From a virus: DNA of 64,000 nucleotides. Under the pieces are notes generated by a model. That model saw only the letters and a program-made list of their open reading frames with translations. It was not told the origin of the DNA and did no database searches. Position numbers and translations under genes: made by a program. Within the stretch, counting starts at the first letter, position 1. Every line of letters begins with the position of its first letter. The DNA lies in IMG/VR virus record IMGVR_UViG_3300044700_000345, positions 1-64,000 of that record; one strand, written 5' to 3'. Shown piece by piece: positions 29,642 through 39,997 of this stretch.

Positions 29642-30274
29642 TTATTCTTCCAGTTGCATTCTGGCCCACACACTCATAATTGCTTCTTCCAGTGGGGTTT
29701 CAATTGGGTCATCTTTAAAGATAAACGCAACTTCGCGCATTGCTCGGTCGGCACCAGCCATCAATAGGCCCTTACGATCTTTGACCGAAGTAAACTCTTC
29801 TACTTGTGCAATGGTGCCACGTAGTTCACGTTGCATACCAGCAATTCGGGCAACACCGTGATCTCGTTTTACATTACCTTCTCCCGGCATCTCCATAGAC
29901 TCCCGCAACTTGCGGATGTCTTCTTGCATCTCTTCAATTTCGTACAGAAGAGTCTTACGGTGATCCGGTTTTTTGTACTTACTTTTAACCCAAGCTTCAC
30001 ACGCAACAATACTGCCGTTGTAACCAAGGAAACGGCTATAGAGAAAAACTTCAATTATGGAGTAGTTGTCGGAGGCAAAAGCAAGGAATGATTCCTGGAC
30101 AGAACAATCTAAATTGTCTACCCAGTAATCAAATACCTCAATATCGATAAGCTCGCTGGGCCTGTCCGTAGTCACGTGACTCGTCGTCTTGCTTAAACCG
30201 CTGTCCTTGCTCCGCTGACGTACGCTGCTCTTGGGCGCCCTTGCCGATAGTTTCTCGTTCTTGGGATCCAACAT
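29642..30274 (-). CDS. helical hypothetical protein (small terminase candidate); start uncertain
   Basis: Folded-looking core from about 30150 down; N-terminus overlaps the upstream ORF; possible GTG start at 30175. Confidence 0.6.
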   Translation of the reverse strand: MLDPKNEKLSARAPKSSVRQRSKDSGLSKTTSHVTTDRPSELIDIEVFDYWVDNLDCSVQESFLAFASDNYSIIEVFLYSRFLGYNGSIVACEAWVKSKYKKPDHRKTLLYEIEEMQEDIRKLRESMEMPGEGNVKRDHGVARIAGMQRELRGTIAQVEEFTSVKDRKGLLMAGADRAMREVAFIFKDDPIETPLEEAIMSVWARMQLEE

Positions 30275-30386
30275 CTTCCGCCTTCTTCTTGGAGAATTCG
30301 TAGGCTACACCAGCAGCTTGCTTGTACTTGTCTAAATCAAACCAGTCATCAACATCTGTCTGGCCTGCGGGCACGCTACTGGTCAT
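30138..30386 (-). CDS. hypothetical protein
   Basis: 82-aa ORF. Confidence 0.65.
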   Translation of the reverse strand: MTSSVPAGQTDVDDWFDLDKYKQAAGVAYEFSKKKAEDVGSQERETIGKGAQEQRTSAEQGQRFKQDDESRDYGQAQRAYRY

Positions 30387-30409
30387 GGTAATTAACTCTC
30401 AAGAAAAGA

Positions 30410-30601
30410 TTAGAAGTTACCCATCATGCTAGCAAGGCCCTGGGAGAAGATATCCCGACGGCCTTCAACAGACTTCTGACGTTGTTGACGACCCTTTGAT
30501 GCTTCCAGGCGGGAAAGCAATTCTTCAAAACGGTTAATGTCAAAGTCCTTGGAGGTATCGGTACCGGTGTCGGTAAGTGCGTTGCCACCCGTGTAAGTCA
30601 T
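30410..30601 (-). CDS. hypothetical protein
   Basis: 63-aa ORF with TATAAT upstream. Confidence 0.65.
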   Translation of the reverse strand: MTYTGGNALTDTGTDTSKDFDINRFEELLSRLEASKGRQQRQKSVEGRRDIFSQGLASMMGNF

Positions 30602-30641
30602 TGATAGAAAATCTTACTTTACAAATTATAGCAAAGGTATA

Positions 30642-31529
30642 TTAGCTCCAGAAACCAGAGACCAGATTTGAGGCGACATTGCCAAATGATTGAATCTTTT
30701 GTTGTTCTTTCAAGCCTTCATTTTTAATCTTCTGAGTATTGGAATCAATCTCCCCTTGGAGGTTTGTCAAGCCAGCACTGTACAGATACTGCCTGGTATC
30801 TTTAACATTCTGTTGTTGGTCTTCAATTTCTGCAGGGGTACCAGTAAAGCTACTACCAAAATCAGGTGTAGTGATTTTAGTTTTACTTGCCAAGTCTCCG
30901 CCATAGCTGGGGAGAAGGCTCTTATCAAAAGTGAATGCACGCTTTCCGGTCTTCTTCCCTGCTGCGTCGGTAGTCTGCTTACCGAACATTGTGTCATAGT
31001 AGTTATCTAGGTAGCTACTATTAAACTTGTCTTGGTACTCAGAACCCTTGGTAAGTGAGTTAACAAGATCTTGGTTGGTAGTATAGAACCCTTGGTTGAA
31101 ACGTTCAGTTGCTTTACCTAGTTCCTCTTCTGTTGCTTGACGACCAAGTGTTTCTTCGTAGGCTGCTTTAATACCAGTCTTCCTGCGACCAGGGAGCAGC
31201 TCTTTGGTATAGACATCAGTTAGTGACGCAACATCCGTTTCCGGCGGTGTGAGGTCATATTTAGAGGCGTAGTCACGTAGCTGCTGAGTAGCTGATTCGT
31301 AGCCAAGGAGCCCCTGACGCATTTGTGATTCAACACCAGTTCTTAGGCCGGAGTAACCAGCGGCACCAGCAGCTTTACGTGCAGCAGCTTCTGCTTTGGT
31401 TTCTGCCCTTTCAGTTGCTGCACGCTCTTCTGCAAGGCCTTCTTTTCTCTGTTGATAAGCAAGATACTTTTCAAAGGTATCATCCTTTTGAACAGCAGGA
31501 GCATTGTAAGTAGGACCGCCGCCACCCAT
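30642..31529 (-). CDS. putative internal virion/ejection protein
   Basis: Starts MGGGGPTYNAP after an AGGAG RBS; helical. Confidence 0.65.
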   Translation of the reverse strand: MGGGGPTYNAPAVQKDDTFEKYLAYQQRKEGLAEERAATERAETKAEAAARKAAGAAGYSGLRTGVESQMRQGLLGYESATQQLRDYASKYDLTPPETDVASLTDVYTKELLPGRRKTGIKAAYEETLGRQATEEELGKATERFNQGFYTTNQDLVNSLTKGSEYQDKFNSSYLDNYYDTMFGKQTTDAAGKKTGKRAFTFDKSLLPSYGGDLASKTKITTPDFGSSFTGTPAEIEDQQQNVKDTRQYLYSAGLTNLQGEIDSNTQKIKNEGLKEQQKIQSFGNVASNLVSGFWS

Positions 31530-31539
31530 AATTTTTCTC

Positions 31540-32004
31540 CTATGCGTTTTTAGTGAATCGGCTGCTAAAACCGGTTGGACCAAACATTGCGTCTGTTGCT
31601 ACTAGTTTATCAAACCCTGTTTTACGATTTTCATTTAATAATGCTTGAAAGCCTGCTTCTCTTGCGCTGGGATCCAGACTAGCACCAATTGACCAGCGAG
31701 CATTCTCTCTGTTCATTGCATTTTCTTTTGGTGCCAAGAAATCAAATTTTTGTTTTTGTGCTGTGAATTGCCGTGCTTGGTCTAGGTCTGGTCCAAGTAC
31801 GTTAGAGAATAGATTATTACTTATGCCTTGCCCAAGAGAGGCATTTAGGCCCATCATATTGTTGGCAGCATTTTGCTGCGCAACATAGTTTTGTAGTGCC
31901 CAGTCGCCTTCTATTTGTCTATTCTTAGAGCCTTGACCAAGCAAACCACCAGCTAAGCCGCCAAGAGTTTCTATAGCTGCAGACGTTACGAGACCATATG
32001 CCAT
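31540..32004 (-). CDS. putative internal virion protein
   Basis: Gly-rich hydrophobic N-terminus then helical region. Confidence 0.6.
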   Translation of the reverse strand: MAYGLVTSAAIETLGGLAGGLLGQGSKNRQIEGDWALQNYVAQQNAANNMMGLNASLGQGISNNLFSNVLGPDLDQARQFTAQKQKFDFLAPKENAMNRENARWSIGASLDPSAREAGFQALLNENRKTGFDKLVATDAMFGPTGFSSRFTKNA

Positions 32005-32044
32005 TGTTTTGTTACTTCTTTGTTGATTTCATTTTAAACCCTCT

Positions 32045-32590
32045 TTACGAATAATAAGGTCGAGATTGGAATTGTGCTATTGACAAAGGTTGAATTGTTG
32101 AGGGATTGATGCTGTTAATGGCCGTAAGGCCACTTTGCCGATTCCTTTCAATTGTGTCCCAGGAGGGTCCCCCAAGTGCAGTGGATAAGGTTGAGCCAAG
32201 TTTTCCAATGGAGTTCATTAACAATGCCTGTCCAGAACTCTGCCTGCCTAATTCTTGACGATAGTCTGCTTGTCTTTTTTGCATTGCTTCTACATCACCT
32301 AGCTGTTCTTTGAATCCGCCTTTATCCGCGTAGCCTGGTGTCTTTGGACCTTTAATTGCATTTACTAATGCAAAGTTGCTAATAGCATTTGAATCAAGTT
32401 TGATTCCATGTTTTTTGGCAGTTTTAAAAAAATTGTCTAGACCATCAAAACTTTCATCTTGCTCTCCAAGAACAGAAGACAAGCTTTTACTTAAATCACC
32501 AGTATTTAAGTACTCACCAAAAGGAATGCTTTTAATTTTTTCAGCATTAGCCCAATCAACATTAGACCAGTCAACATTTGCCATGATCAA
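32045..32590 (-). CDS. hypothetical protein
   Basis: About 180 aa, coupled to the upstream gene. Confidence 0.6.
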   Translation of the reverse strand: MIMANVDWSNVDWANAEKIKSIPFGEYLNTGDLSKSLSSVLGEQDESFDGLDNFFKTAKKHGIKLDSNAISNFALVNAIKGPKTPGYADKGGFKEQLGDVEAMQKRQADYRQELGRQSSGQALLMNSIGKLGSTLSTALGGPSWDTIERNRQSGLTAINSINPSTIQPLSIAQFQSRPYYS

Positions 32591-33531
32591 CCAAAACTAA
32601 TGGAAGGGGCCGATAGAGTTGCACCCAGGTACGGGTTCTGTGAGATTGCTGTGCGAAGAGTAGCCCCAGTCTCAGTCCGATCGATTCCAGCAAGTTGGAA
32701 TTGTCCAGCTTGGCGTCCCAAAGCTTGGTACACGGCGCCTTCGGAAGCAATCTTGGCTTGTGCATTAACCAAGTTTGAACGACTAATTTGTTCCTGGATT
32801 GGTAACATTGCTTTCTCAAGTTGGATCTTCATTTCCAATTGATCTTGCATACCTTTACGAGTAAGTGCCCGTTCTTGTTCACCTAGAGCTTTGTTTGACC
32901 TTAAAGTATAATCAAGGTCACGGTTGCGAATATTTTCATACGCAGCTCCTTTGGTAAGCGGAATATTTGTACCAGGGAAATACATGGGCTCAGTAGTTTC
33001 TTTGGCTTTAGCGCCCAGGCCACCAGTAATTGCTTCTAACATATTGCCGCCCGCCATAGCTCCAATAATGGGAGCGCCAATCCTTGCTACCACCCCTAAT
33101 GCACCTGGTAGTTTGATGCTGTTAACCAAGGCTGAAGCTGCTGCGCCGCCACCAAGGCCACCTAAGCCTTGTGAGAGTGCCCCCATAATATCCCCTTGCA
33201 TTGCTTGACCGGTTGCCATTAGGCCTGCGGTACCAAGGGTTGACATGCGTCCCAGTGGCCTCTTCTCTAGTCCTGCAGACGCAGCCCTTGCTTTTGTTTT
33301 AAATTCCTCTCCCATTGGACCAAGTCCTTGCAACCGTGATTCTACTGAGGAACGCATGCGTTCAAGAACCCCAGGATTAACACCAGTTGTGCCTGGTTTA
33401 ATTGTTGTGGCCCCACGAGAACCTAAGGTTTCCGCAGGAATATTTCCTGCACGAGCCTGAGCGGCAAGATCAAAATCGGGGTAGTACGCTCTTGGGTCAA
33501 CCCCTGCGCGTAGCATATCTTCTGGAGTCAT
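32587..33531 (-). CDS. putative internal virion protein with glycine zipper
   Basis: 314 aa, Gly/Ala-rich hydrophobic middle and coiled-coil end. Confidence 0.65.
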   Translation of the reverse strand: MTPEDMLRAGVDPRAYYPDFDLAAQARAGNIPAETLGSRGATTIKPGTTGVNPGVLERMRSSVESRLQGLGPMGEEFKTKARAASAGLEKRPLGRMSTLGTAGLMATGQAMQGDIMGALSQGLGGLGGGAAASALVNSIKLPGALGVVARIGAPIIGAMAGGNMLEAITGGLGAKAKETTEPMYFPGTNIPLTKGAAYENIRNRDLDYTLRSNKALGEQERALTRKGMQDQLEMKIQLEKAMLPIQEQISRSNLVNAQAKIASEGAVYQALGRQAGQFQLAGIDRTETGATLRTAISQNPYLGATLSAPSISFG

Positions 33532-33581
33532 TATTAAACTGTACTTTTATTTCTGTAGTCTAATTCTACCAGTACCTTTAT

Positions 33582-34529
33582 TTAACTCATCGGTAATTGT
33601 GAGTCAAGTTGTTTTGCTGCAAGTGATTGGTTGATTAGATTACCTGCCATCACACCAAGTGCAGAACCTGCTAAGCCTCCTACTGCACCACGTACTCCAC
33701 GAGCATTAGGCTTGGATCCTGCGCTAGAAAGTGATGGATTTTCTCCAGGAAAAATGCTAGGTTGCACCACTACTTCTCTTGGTACACTACTAAGACCAAG
33801 CCTAGCGCCAGCAATACCACCTGCTAGACCAGTAGCAAATGGGATGTTTACGGGATAACCAAAGACACGCGCTTCTGGAACACCTTGAAGGTTTTCAGGT
33901 GTCGCCTTAATGGCTCCAAGGAATGCAGGTTCGTTATACAAAAACTGCATGTAGTTTGCATAACGTTGATGAGTAAGTCCAGGGATCTCCTCTCTGGCAG
34001 TTTCTTCTTTTAGTGGCCGCCCCTGGCGACCTTGAAAAAAACGTTCAAATACTTCAGTTGCTGGGTCACGACTTTTTCTAAAATCTTCAGGAGTTGGCTC
34101 ATTTTGCTTGTATCCTTTAGGCCTGCCCAGCTCACCAATATTTGTTATATCATATGCGCCCATTGACGCAACTGCTGGCTGCAAAGCACCAGCAAGAATT
34201 AAAGAAGATGTGTAGCGAGGCAGAGTTCCTTTTGGATCAATTGCTGCGGAAGCAAGTTTATCTGCAATGGCTAGGGGATGGTTAATCCTCCACCACAAGC
34301 CACGAGTTTGTTCGTCTGCAATGTCGCCCAAAAGCCTGGCACTATAAGCTCCAAGGTATGCACCAGGGGATCCCTTTAGAGATATGTCTGCATCTTTTAA
34401 CCGACTTTGAAATTCTGGATCACGTAAAGAACTGTTTGGTTTTACGCCGCCGGCAGCGGCTTGTTTCATGGCGTTAATGCCATACTTGAAACCTGCTACT
34501 GGGCCTCGTACCTCCAGGGGATTAGCCAT
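33582..34529 (-). CDS. putative virion protein with C-terminal glycine zipper
   Basis: 315-aa ORF. Confidence 0.65.
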   Translation of the reverse strand: MANPLEVRGPVAGFKYGINAMKQAAAGGVKPNSSLRDPEFQSRLKDADISLKGSPGAYLGAYSARLLGDIADEQTRGLWWRINHPLAIADKLASAAIDPKGTLPRYTSSLILAGALQPAVASMGAYDITNIGELGRPKGYKQNEPTPEDFRKSRDPATEVFERFFQGRQGRPLKEETAREEIPGLTHQRYANYMQFLYNEPAFLGAIKATPENLQGVPEARVFGYPVNIPFATGLAGGIAGARLGLSSVPREVVVQPSIFPGENPSLSSAGSKPNARGVRGAVGGLAGSALGVMAGNLINQSLAAKQLDSQLPMS

Positions 34530-35083
34530 CAGTACGCCTCGGCTAGTAGGCGTAAAGTTTCATCTGACAAGGTGATGCCCGGCACTGGAGACTGAAACCT
34601 AGGTAGTCCGACAGTTTGGTACATAGTACCAGGCGCAAGTTGTTGTGCTTGTTGCTGGCGGTTGATAGCTTGACGTTGTAGTAATTGTTGCTGCTCTTGT
34701 TCAAGTTGAGAAACTGCCTGTGGTTGAATTTGGGGGTACAAAGAACCTTGGGTTACGTAATCAACGAGAGGCATCGAGCCCAGTGAAGCGGCAAAGTTTA
34801 CTCCCTTTTCCAGACCAGACGGAACAAATTCTTTGGTTATCACTCCCGTTGCTACATCTTTTATTTCTTTTTCTACAGCAGGAGATATTGTACGCGCTAG
34901 CGCAACCAAGGGATAGTTGAGAAGAAAATCTCCCCCTGCATAGGCTAGACCTGCTTTAGGTCCTGCGCCAAGCATTCCCATTGCCAAGTTCAAGCCGGCC
35001 CCTGGAAGCGCTTGTGCAGCTGCCTCACGAGACGTCTTGCTAGCAATAGCTGCGCCTAAATGTTTTAATGCGTTACCTAACAT
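34529..35083 (-). CDS. hypothetical protein
   Basis: 184-aa ORF, coupled. Confidence 0.65.
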   Translation of the reverse strand: MLGNALKHLGAAIASKTSREAAAQALPGAGLNLAMGMLGAGPKAGLAYAGGDFLLNYPLVALARTISPAVEKEIKDVATGVITKEFVPSGLEKGVNFAASLGSMPLVDYVTQGSLYPQIQPQAVSQLEQEQQQLLQRQAINRQQQAQQLAPGTMYQTVGLPRFQSPVPGITLSDETLRLLAEAY

Positions 35084-35093
35084 GAGCTACTTC

Positions 35094-35771
35094 CTATTCC
35101 TCTATTTTACTCTCAGGTGTTTTTAAAGTTTTACCAGGGGAGATATTTTCTTCTTCTTTTGAGATCTCTTCTCCTCCACGTGTTTCTTCTGCTTTGGCTT
35201 GTTCAGAACTAATAGTTGATTTGCGTTCCAGTAACTGAGCAACAGATGGAGTATTTTCCGTTTCGCTCTTGACTTCTCCTTCTGCCTTACGCATAAGAAT
35301 ACCGTTTGGATCTGGGTTCTTAAGGCGCGGCATTGGGTTTTTAGCAGCCTTCTCTGGCCTGAGCGTTGGACTTAAGTTGTACGCCTCCATCCACTTGGGA
35401 TCGTAATCTGGTTGATCTTGTGGGCGCTGCTTGGTACGTGGGCGGCCCTCATCAAAGTCATACGACACAGGTCGTTCAAAACGCCCCAGGCCTTCAAACA
35501 TTTCGTAACTTGGAGTTGTCTTTTCGTTGTCGTCAAAAAATGGTGAGTTAGAAACAAAGTTTAAGTCTGGGTTTAATGTCTCTTTCCGAGACATGAAACG
35601 ATTAATTAAATCTTCTTCGTTAAATCTTGAGTTGTTCCAAGGGGCAGCACCTGTTTCAGGCTTGGCACGAAACAAATCGTTAAAATTTAACTTCCGAGGA
35701 ATTTGGCCTTGGCGGTTAAAAGGATTTGTTATGTAACGACCTAAGTCAAGCCTTGCGTCTTGCGCCATCAA
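35094..35771 (-). CDS. hypothetical protein
   Basis: About 225 aa. Confidence 0.65.
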   Translation of the reverse strand: MMAQDARLDLGRYITNPFNRQGQIPRKLNFNDLFRAKPETGAAPWNNSRFNEEDLINRFMSRKETLNPDLNFVSNSPFFDDNEKTTPSYEMFEGLGRFERPVSYDFDEGRPRTKQRPQDQPDYDPKWMEAYNLSPTLRPEKAAKNPMPRLKNPDPNGILMRKAEGEVKSETENTPSVAQLLERKSTISSEQAKAEETRGGEEISKEEENISPGKTLKTPESKIEE

Positions 35772-35995
35772 TCCTCAGGTGTTTTTTGTTTTTTGCGTTG
35801 ATGTAATCCTACCAAGGTCTTACGAAGGTTTGCTTGCTTAACGGTTGTGTCATTGTATTTGTCTGGATTAGACAAAACATTTTCCTGCAGTTGAGCAGTG
35901 GTAATACCTTTACGTTCTGCCTTGTTGGTGAAAGCGCCTTCCTTCATCTCGGCATCTTTAATCCACTTGGTAGGTTTTTTCTTTTTTTCAGCCAT
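35768..35995 (-). CDS. small basic protein
   Basis: MAEKKKKPTKWIKDAEMKEGAFT...KQANLRKTL. Confidence 0.65.
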   Translation of the reverse strand: MAEKKKKPTKWIKDAEMKEGAFTNKAERKGITTAQLQENVLSNPDKYNDTTVKQANLRKTLVGLHQRKKQKTPED

Positions 35996-36027
35996 TGTTT
36001 TAAGGGGTTGTTTTAACTTTACCAAAA

Positions 36028-39000
36028 TTATCCTTTGTAAGTGCGGATTGGTCCACCGCGCCTGTATGCAGATCGCATAAGGTCATTTCTCCAATCTTCA
36101 GTACCGGGATCAATGCCATACGGTGGAATATTGGTAACTTTACTACCAAGGAAGCCTTCTGCTGTAACAGGTTTATCCATACGTGGGTAAGCAATTCTTT
36201 GTCCTTGAGTAGTAGATTGAATAACCGGCATGGCACCTTGTGAACCAGCGCCCATTACTATTTGTTCTTGCCAACCACCAATACGAGATAAACCGGGCGA
36301 TTGTGTCAACGGACCAATTGCTGCTGGCTCCAAGCCGGTCACAAACCTTTCTTGAGGAGCGTTACTGTAATAACGAGCTTTTTCACCACGACGAGTTAAA
36401 TTCATGTTTTGGGAAGGGGTTCCAATGTCACGCCTAACATTAGGGTTAACACTTGTTGTTGGTTGAATAACCACGGTACCGCCGGTCATGGCACCAATAA
36501 ACGGGCTTATAGGAGTTTGTCCACTACGCCCTGGTTGATATTGCGCATAAAGAGTACGTTTGCTAGGTTCTTGCCCAGGGAGGCCAAGCGTCGACTGAAG
36601 ACTTAAAGGAGACATCCGTGATACTTGAGCTGATTCACCGGTATTAGATAAAAGTTCTAATTGATTTAATTGTGTTCTTCCTGGCGTTACAAACTTTTCT
36701 GGAGATGCAACGGCTTTTGTTGTGAGACCACCCGTCAAAGCATCTGCTAAGAAAGCCTGTGCGTTTGCTTCAACTTGAGCTGAGATTGCGCGGTTTGCTT
36801 TAGTGCCTGCAACATTGTAAACAGTACCTAAAACATCAGGATTGTTTTGGGTTGAATAACGACCTGTCGGCGTCTCAATAGAGCCAGTAATGCGCGGTTG
36901 GCGAAGGACGCTATTTGCTTTGCTTTTACCTGTAAAAATTACAGGTCCAGCAGCTTCGGCAGCGGCTCCTGTATAAACATCAGCGGCTCCCAGGATGGGG
37001 CCAAGGTCTTCGTCAGTGGCATACCCAGTTCTAAGTTGATTAACGCTTGGAAGAACTGGCTGCTGTTCGGAAGGATCAACAATCATTCCGCGTCTTAACG
37101 TTTCCATTGAGCGAGCTACGTCTTGTGCAGGCCCAGGACGAACCGTTGGGCGTAGATTACGAGCCTGCTGTAACACATTCTCCGAAGCAGCAACAGAAAC
37201 CCTGGCACGATCCAAAGCACCTAACTGTACAGGTGTAGGCGTTTCGCTTCTAGATGCCCTGGTACGCAAAACATCAGACGCCATTCGAGCAAGGCGCTCA
37301 TCAAATTCACTACCAAAAGTCTGTTCAAGATCAATAGATTGAATAGGTAAGTTTAATTGTTGCGTTGCGCCATATTTTGTAAATTTAGACGTTACAAGAT
37401 TTTTGAGATATTGATTCATCGGGGCTTGCTGACCCTTTAAAATTACTTCCGTTAAGTCTTCATCAGAAACTTTATTAAGCTCATTTAAAAGACGTGCTTT
37501 TATTTCATACTCTGGACCTTGCTTTAACCTGGTTTTTAACCCTGTATCCGCAGAGACAAACTCACCGGCTGGATCTTGATAAACAATATCGCCAGTAACA
37601 TTAGGTTTGCCGCCGCGCAAGGCATTGCCTCGCATAGTGGTTTCAATTGGAGAAGCGCCACCTGTTAACAAAAATTCAATATCTTCACCTAAGTTTGTAG
37701 CTTGTGCCCCACGTAATTCAGCGCGTTGACGAGCATTGTCAACAAGTTGTAATTGATCGTTTAATTCTTCTCTGTAGGTTTTGTTGAATTCTGCGGCAAA
37801 TTGTTCGGGTGATAATTGTTTGCGCGGTGGTTGATTTTCATTTCTGATGTCAGCAAGAATTTGTTCGGATTGTGATTGAAGACTTCTTGCCTTTTCTATG
37901 CGATCTCGAACCTGTGCCGCTTGAATTTTATTTTCTGCGGAGTAATCAAAATCCGTGTCAATTTCTTTTGCAAGCAAATATTGGCGTGCTTGCTGTACCA
38001 GAGGATCATTAGTTTGTTCTTGATTTAAAGCCCTAGGAGGACTACGAAAAGATTGTTTATTTTGAACATCAAGTGCCGTCAGTCCTTCTGCTTGATCAAC
38101 TGGCAGTCCATCAGGAAGTTGTGATGCGGCTCGATTAATTGCATCGTCTTGTTCTAGGGTTACTGGTCTGCTTGTCTGCGCAATATTCTCAAGGTTCTCA
38201 ACCTGCCCTAGGTCTAAATCTTCGTTTCGTTGGAGCTGAGACTTGATGCGTCCTGTTTGCTGGTCTTCTCCAGACTCAACAGCGTTTGCGGCTTGACGAC
38301 GAGCTTGGCTTAAAAGATTTTCTTGCAGATTAGTTAAGTCTGCAAAATTTCCAGGTTGTGAAACCGCTATTGCTTGTTGGATTCGTTCTTGCCTACGACT
38401 AAGTGGCTGGTCTTGCTCCATACCCTGAAGCCGGCTATACTCAGCCATGTCATTAAGAACACTGGCTTCATCTGCGGCTTCTTGCCGTAACTCTAAAAGA
38501 ACACGCTCACCTTTGCCTTGAATCTCCATGTCACGTTCACGAAGTCTAGCTTGGATGCGCTGATCAGCTCGCGTTTGATTTCTTGCAAGTTGTTCGTATT
38601 CTTGAATAAAACGATCGCCGGCATCTGGTTTAGCGGCAGGTAATAAAGACCCTTTGCTTTCCAGGAATGAACGAGGAAATCCTTGTGTAGGAACCGTTGG
38701 TTCCCAAAGTTCACCTAAGGGTTCCTGTGTCGCTACTTTAGATGGTGCAGGTGTTTGAACAGGTGCTTCAGATCGCACTGGAGCGGTGGTATAGCCTGCC
38801 GCACGACGCAAATCTTCAAGATTTTGGTACTTAATAACAGGATCGACTGCAGCTTCGGCTGTGCGGGCCGCAGCGGCCGCTTTCTTGGTAAGTGCACCAC
38901 GTAAGCCATACGCTCCTAGCCCCAGGCCCAGGCCCGCAGCACCGATGCCTAGGGCGTTGGTCAGATTAAAGCCTTCATCTTTCTCCTTGGCAGGTGCACG

Positions 39001-39123
39001 GAGTTGATTACGTCGGAAATTAATTACGTCACCCGCCATCTGTGCCCTTTCTTCGTCACTATCCGGTACAGGCGTACCTGTTGCACGGCTGTAAGCGTAG
39101 AAATCAGCGGGGGAAATTGCCAC
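36028..39123 (-). CDS. very large low-complexity protein, putative internal virion protein
   Basis: 1031 aa, GTG start, one hydrophobic segment near the N-terminus. Confidence 0.7.
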   Translation of the reverse strand: MAISPADFYAYSRATGTPVPDSDEERAQMAGDVINFRRNQLRAPAKEKDEGFNLTNALGIGAAGLGLGLGAYGLRGALTKKAAAAARTAEAAVDPVIKYQNLEDLRRAAGYTTAPVRSEAPVQTPAPSKVATQEPLGELWEPTVPTQGFPRSFLESKGSLLPAAKPDAGDRFIQEYEQLARNQTRADQRIQARLRERDMEIQGKGERVLLELRQEAADEASVLNDMAEYSRLQGMEQDQPLSRRQERIQQAIAVSQPGNFADLTNLQENLLSQARRQAANAVESGEDQQTGRIKSQLQRNEDLDLGQVENLENIAQTSRPVTLEQDDAINRAASQLPDGLPVDQAEGLTALDVQNKQSFRSPPRALNQEQTNDPLVQQARQYLLAKEIDTDFDYSAENKIQAAQVRDRIEKARSLQSQSEQILADIRNENQPPRKQLSPEQFAAEFNKTYREELNDQLQLVDNARQRAELRGAQATNLGEDIEFLLTGGASPIETTMRGNALRGGKPNVTGDIVYQDPAGEFVSADTGLKTRLKQGPEYEIKARLLNELNKVSDEDLTEVILKGQQAPMNQYLKNLVTSKFTKYGATQQLNLPIQSIDLEQTFGSEFDERLARMASDVLRTRASRSETPTPVQLGALDRARVSVAASENVLQQARNLRPTVRPGPAQDVARSMETLRRGMIVDPSEQQPVLPSVNQLRTGYATDEDLGPILGAADVYTGAAAEAAGPVIFTGKSKANSVLRQPRITGSIETPTGRYSTQNNPDVLGTVYNVAGTKANRAISAQVEANAQAFLADALTGGLTTKAVASPEKFVTPGRTQLNQLELLSNTGESAQVSRMSPLSLQSTLGLPGQEPSKRTLYAQYQPGRSGQTPISPFIGAMTGGTVVIQPTTSVNPNVRRDIGTPSQNMNLTRRGEKARYYSNAPQERFVTGLEPAAIGPLTQSPGLSRIGGWQEQIVMGAGSQGAMPVIQSTTQGQRIAYPRMDKPVTAEGFLGSKVTNIPPYGIDPGTEDWRNDLMRSAYRRGGPIRTYKG

Positions 39124-39224
39124 GGTTAGGTATTGTAACTATTTTTGCCTTTTTGTATTCTATGATTTACAACTCTTGGACGCACAACAGTTATACTAAG
39201 TAAATAAGTGTATTTGTTCCAGGG

Positions 39225-39437
39225 ATGGACGTTGGTGCTCGCCAAAAGAAGGTTGAAGGCCTAGAAGCCATCAAAGGTAAGGCCATGAGTATGGCAAAAG
39301 ATGGCAAGGATTCACTAGAAGTGCGTGATTTTGTTACCAATGCCAAGAAAGAGTTGGCATATGAGCTTCCAGATGAGGAAGCATTTCAAAAAGCAAAGGC
39401 TGCGACACTTGCATATAAGCGACGGTCAGGGAAATAG
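39225..39437 (+). CDS. hypothetical protein
   Basis: 70 aa with TATACT upstream and a terminator downstream. Confidence 0.7.
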   Translation: MDVGARQKKVEGLEAIKGKAMSMAKDGKDSLEVRDFVTNAKKELAYELPDEEAFQKAKAATLAYKRRSGK

Positions 39438-39461
39438 AATTTTATTTACAATTTGTAATAC

Positions 39462-39487
39462 ACCGGGGCTAATCCCCCGGTTTTTTT
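39462..39487 (+). terminator. intrinsic terminator
   Basis: ACCGGGG-CTAATC-CCCCGGT then a T run. Confidence 0.8.
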
Positions 39488-39817
39488 GTCTAAAAACTTG
39501 GGCAAAGTGGGCTATACCATGACAAAAACAGGATTTTACTTATTTTTTTAGAAACAAAATCTACATAAAGTCGAATAGGAAAACAATTTTACAAGTGCTC
39601 CTGAATATACCCGTCCGAAGTGGAATGTGGGAAGAAAAAAAGAAAGAGTGGTGTGCATGTAAAAGTTCCCCGGCTGCGCCGGTGTGAAGTTGACTCCGTT
39701 GCGAGAACGCGTCTGACTACGTTGTGAAGCAAAGTAAGAAGAAGGGAAGAGTGAGTGTAACGGGGGCTGCGCATCCGAAGAACGCAGGTTACCACAGATT
39801 CCAACGAGGACAGATTA

Positions 39818-39997
39818 ATGGATGTGTTTTTTGTTTACGCAACAAGGGAAGCTACCTACCATTTTGTGGTTAACAAGGAGGTTGGCTTAGCGCGGATCAC
39901 GAAGTTAATAAGGAAAGGACAGAAGGGTTACGACTGTTCTACCAGTATGAGTGTGGACCGCGCACGTAAGTTTGTTAGGCAGCTGCAGGTTGCCTGA
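39818..39997 (+). CDS. hypothetical protein (59 aa, not in ORF track)
   Basis: GAGGA RBS; MDVFFVYATREATYHFVVNKEVGLARITKL... Confidence 0.5.
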   Translation: MDVFFVYATREATYHFVVNKEVGLARITKLIRKGQKGYDCSTSMSVDRARKFVRQLQVA

